The notes beneath the pieces were generated by a model. It ran no database searches. It saw nothing but the letters and a program-made list of their open reading frames with translations, and was not told where the DNA came from. A program made the position numbers and the translations under genes. 64,000 bases of DNA from Podarcis cretensis (taxonomy: Eukaryota), in assembly GCA_951804945.1 (NCBI GenBank), contig OX638154.1, forward strand, positions 21,142,001-21,206,000. The letters are read 5' to 3'. Every line of letters begins with the position of its first letter. The stretch's first letter is position 1. This document shows positions 38,601 through 64,000 of the stretch, piece by piece.

Positions 38601-39925
38601 AATAAACAAAACAACTCTACCCCCCCCCCGACCCAAAGTCAGTAGAGCCAATAGAACTGCACTGATAAAACTGCAAGTTTGCTTCCTATTGCCCCTAACA
38701 AACAGGATTTCGTCACAAGTACATGTGCACTTATATTAATAAATCAAGTGGTCCCAATAGGAACCAGACTCTTCGCCCTCATACAACTATTGACAATAAA
38801 GTACTAACCAAGCCATTAAAAACAACCGCAACTCACAATTCTGCAATAAAAATAGAAATATCTTAATGCACATTAAAGATAGACTGTTTCTACCAAAATG
38901 TTAATCTATATATTATTCAAAAGGGGAAGGGCTTGACCAACTGCTATACATTTTAATCCATTCAATGTGCAATTCAAATATTAATTTGAAAGTTTCATTT
39001 TGCCATTTCCTCCATACGAGTCAAGAATCAGAAGAATTTCCAAAGATATCAAGCTTCGTGGTGCATTCAAGGCATGAGAGATTTAGTAATGGGATTAAGA
39101 GGCTCATGTGTAATGGTTTTCTCCTGCTACATTTGGTGGGGGGGGGTAGTATTTCCTTTGCAATACTGTATACTGCAAATTATTTTCTTGATACAGATCT
39201 AGTATCAAGGGTATTTACTTATGATGAAAAACAATGAAGGTCCAGGCCAACACGATATGCCGCAGTTCTGGGAATGATTTACCACACACATTCTGCAACA
39301 TGTAAGTTGGCAGGGAGGGTGATGAAGATCAATATCTCTTTGGATTCTTGCTAGGTTGTTGGTTATACTACCGCCCAACTGCCATCTTGCTATGACTCTG
39401 CAGAATAGACAGCACCAAATCATTTTTTTAAAAAAGCACCCCGTATTAACACAGAGATTGAATCCACCCAAATGGGGGCGTGGGGGACCAGATTCCCAGC
39501 ATGATTTTCGGATGAATTTAAGCCCTCTCTTAAATATTTATTAATACATTTGCTAACATCACAGGCCTATATGAATATATTCGGTATTATCTCATTTTCC
39601 ATTCATTCATCATTTCCAACAGATTATGGGCAATTAGCTGAAAGGCATTAAGAAGGAACCATTGCAAACAACAGATTTGAAGACACAAGCTTTGTGATAA
39701 GAATGACTTGACATTTACTGCATTAAATTGCAAAATGCTCAACAGCTACTCTTATAGGGAAGCCAGAATTTATTTTTTTTAAAGGAGACAGTTTTCCTTT
39801 AGAAATGCTATTATTTTGATCTGTTCCAGTGGTTGTTTCATCTTCTTTGAGTACAATCTCCCTCTCTCTGCATCCATTCTTTGAACTTAGCGTAACTCAA
39901 GCTTTGGGAAAGAGCAGTGATGGAG
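35630..39925 (-). other. ARFGEF2: ARFGEF2 3'UTR (~4.3 kb)
   Basis: AU-rich and repeat-poor. AATAAA (minus) at 35650-35655 with upstream UGUA motifs and a downstream U-rich tract. Confidence 0.7.
37777..37810. repeat. 17-bp tandem duplication in the ARFGEF2 3'UTR
   Basis: CAATTAAAGAATATGTC followed by CAATTAAAGAATATGTG. Confidence 0.9.
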
Positions 39926-63171
<23,246 letters not shown>

Positions 63172-64000
63172 CTAAAACAAAACAAAACAAAAAAATAGAT
63201 TATGAAAATTGAGTTGTCTGGGAACAATGTATGCAGACAACAGACTATTGTGACAGGATACACCCCCCCCCCATTTAATACCTATGAAACGTACTGGGGA
63301 AAAGGGTGAGGAAGGGATAATACAAGCCATTGTTTGCATTATTATACCAGAGCTGGGTTACATTTTCTGAACTATTTCCCCCACATCAAAAAAGGCCTGC
63401 ACTAGTAGCAAAAAGCAAGACTAGGGCTGTGCATATGCACTGGTGGGAAAGCCAGGCTTGCTCCGATGGTGCATCTGTGCAACTCTGACCTTGTCACAGC
63501 AATGCCCCATGCCTACCACATCCAGGTAACAAGCAATTTTGGAGTCAGGAAGCTCCACCCCACCCCACCAGCCACTGCTGGAAGGCAGGAAATACTCAGT
63601 TGGCACCCAAACCCCTTGAAGACCCCTTTTCCCACCACTTTTTTGCCTCTATATTCCAAATGCCTCCAGTGTCTGCCCTTTGGCTAAACAGGACATGAGA
63701 GAGTCCCTGCATAGCCAGAAAGCACAGTGGGTTGATTACCTTGAACCAATCACCACCAGTCTTTAGCAGACTTCCCACTAGTTACGGGGATAAATACTGC
63801 AAAACCCTTAGCACAGTGAAAGACACCTACATTAGCTGCTTTTATTCCCTCCTGCTACGCCTGACATTTTCACAGCGCTACTGTACTTCTCATTCCCTCT
63901 TGTTTCTCCTGGGCTCCACCAACCTCATATTGTCTTAGCAACTACGTTTGGGAAATACTTCAGGTACACACTCTGGGGGTCACATTCCAACAATTCCAAC

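Overview
Vertebrate genomic DNA, almost certainly from a squamate (probably a lacertid lizard, inferred from Sauria SINEs, BovB, CR1 and L2). Three genes lie in tandem on the minus strand. (1) The 3' two-thirds of ARFGEF2/BIG2: 28 coding exons at 63171-39926 (about exons 12-39 in human numbering, including the Sec7 domain) plus a ~4.3 kb 3'UTR. (2) A complete CSE1L/exportin-2 gene: non-coding exon 1 at ~32407-32500 and 24 coding exons at 29700-6479, summing to 2916 nt = 971 aa + stop, all GT-AG. (3) The CpG-island promoter and first non-coding exon of a gene that leaves the window at the left, most likely STAU1. Introns and spacers carry many mobile elements: 4 Sauria SINEs (one interrupted by a CR1), a BovB 3' fragment with an open ORF next to the CSE1L promoter, three L1-type insertions with 12-19 bp TSDs (one with a nested L2 tail), two Tc1/mariner-type MITEs and a family of 136-bp hairpin hAT MITEs. 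I see no convincing wholly new protein-coding system. The best leads are a hairpin MITE family carrying the ZNF143/THAP11-type ACTACAnnTCCCA promoter motif, an orphan second promoter at ~1.5-2.0 kb, the apparent STAU1 orientation difference from human, and an inverted SINE pair bracketing CSE1L exons 17-23. All coordinates were read by eye; repeat family names are by recognition, not database search.
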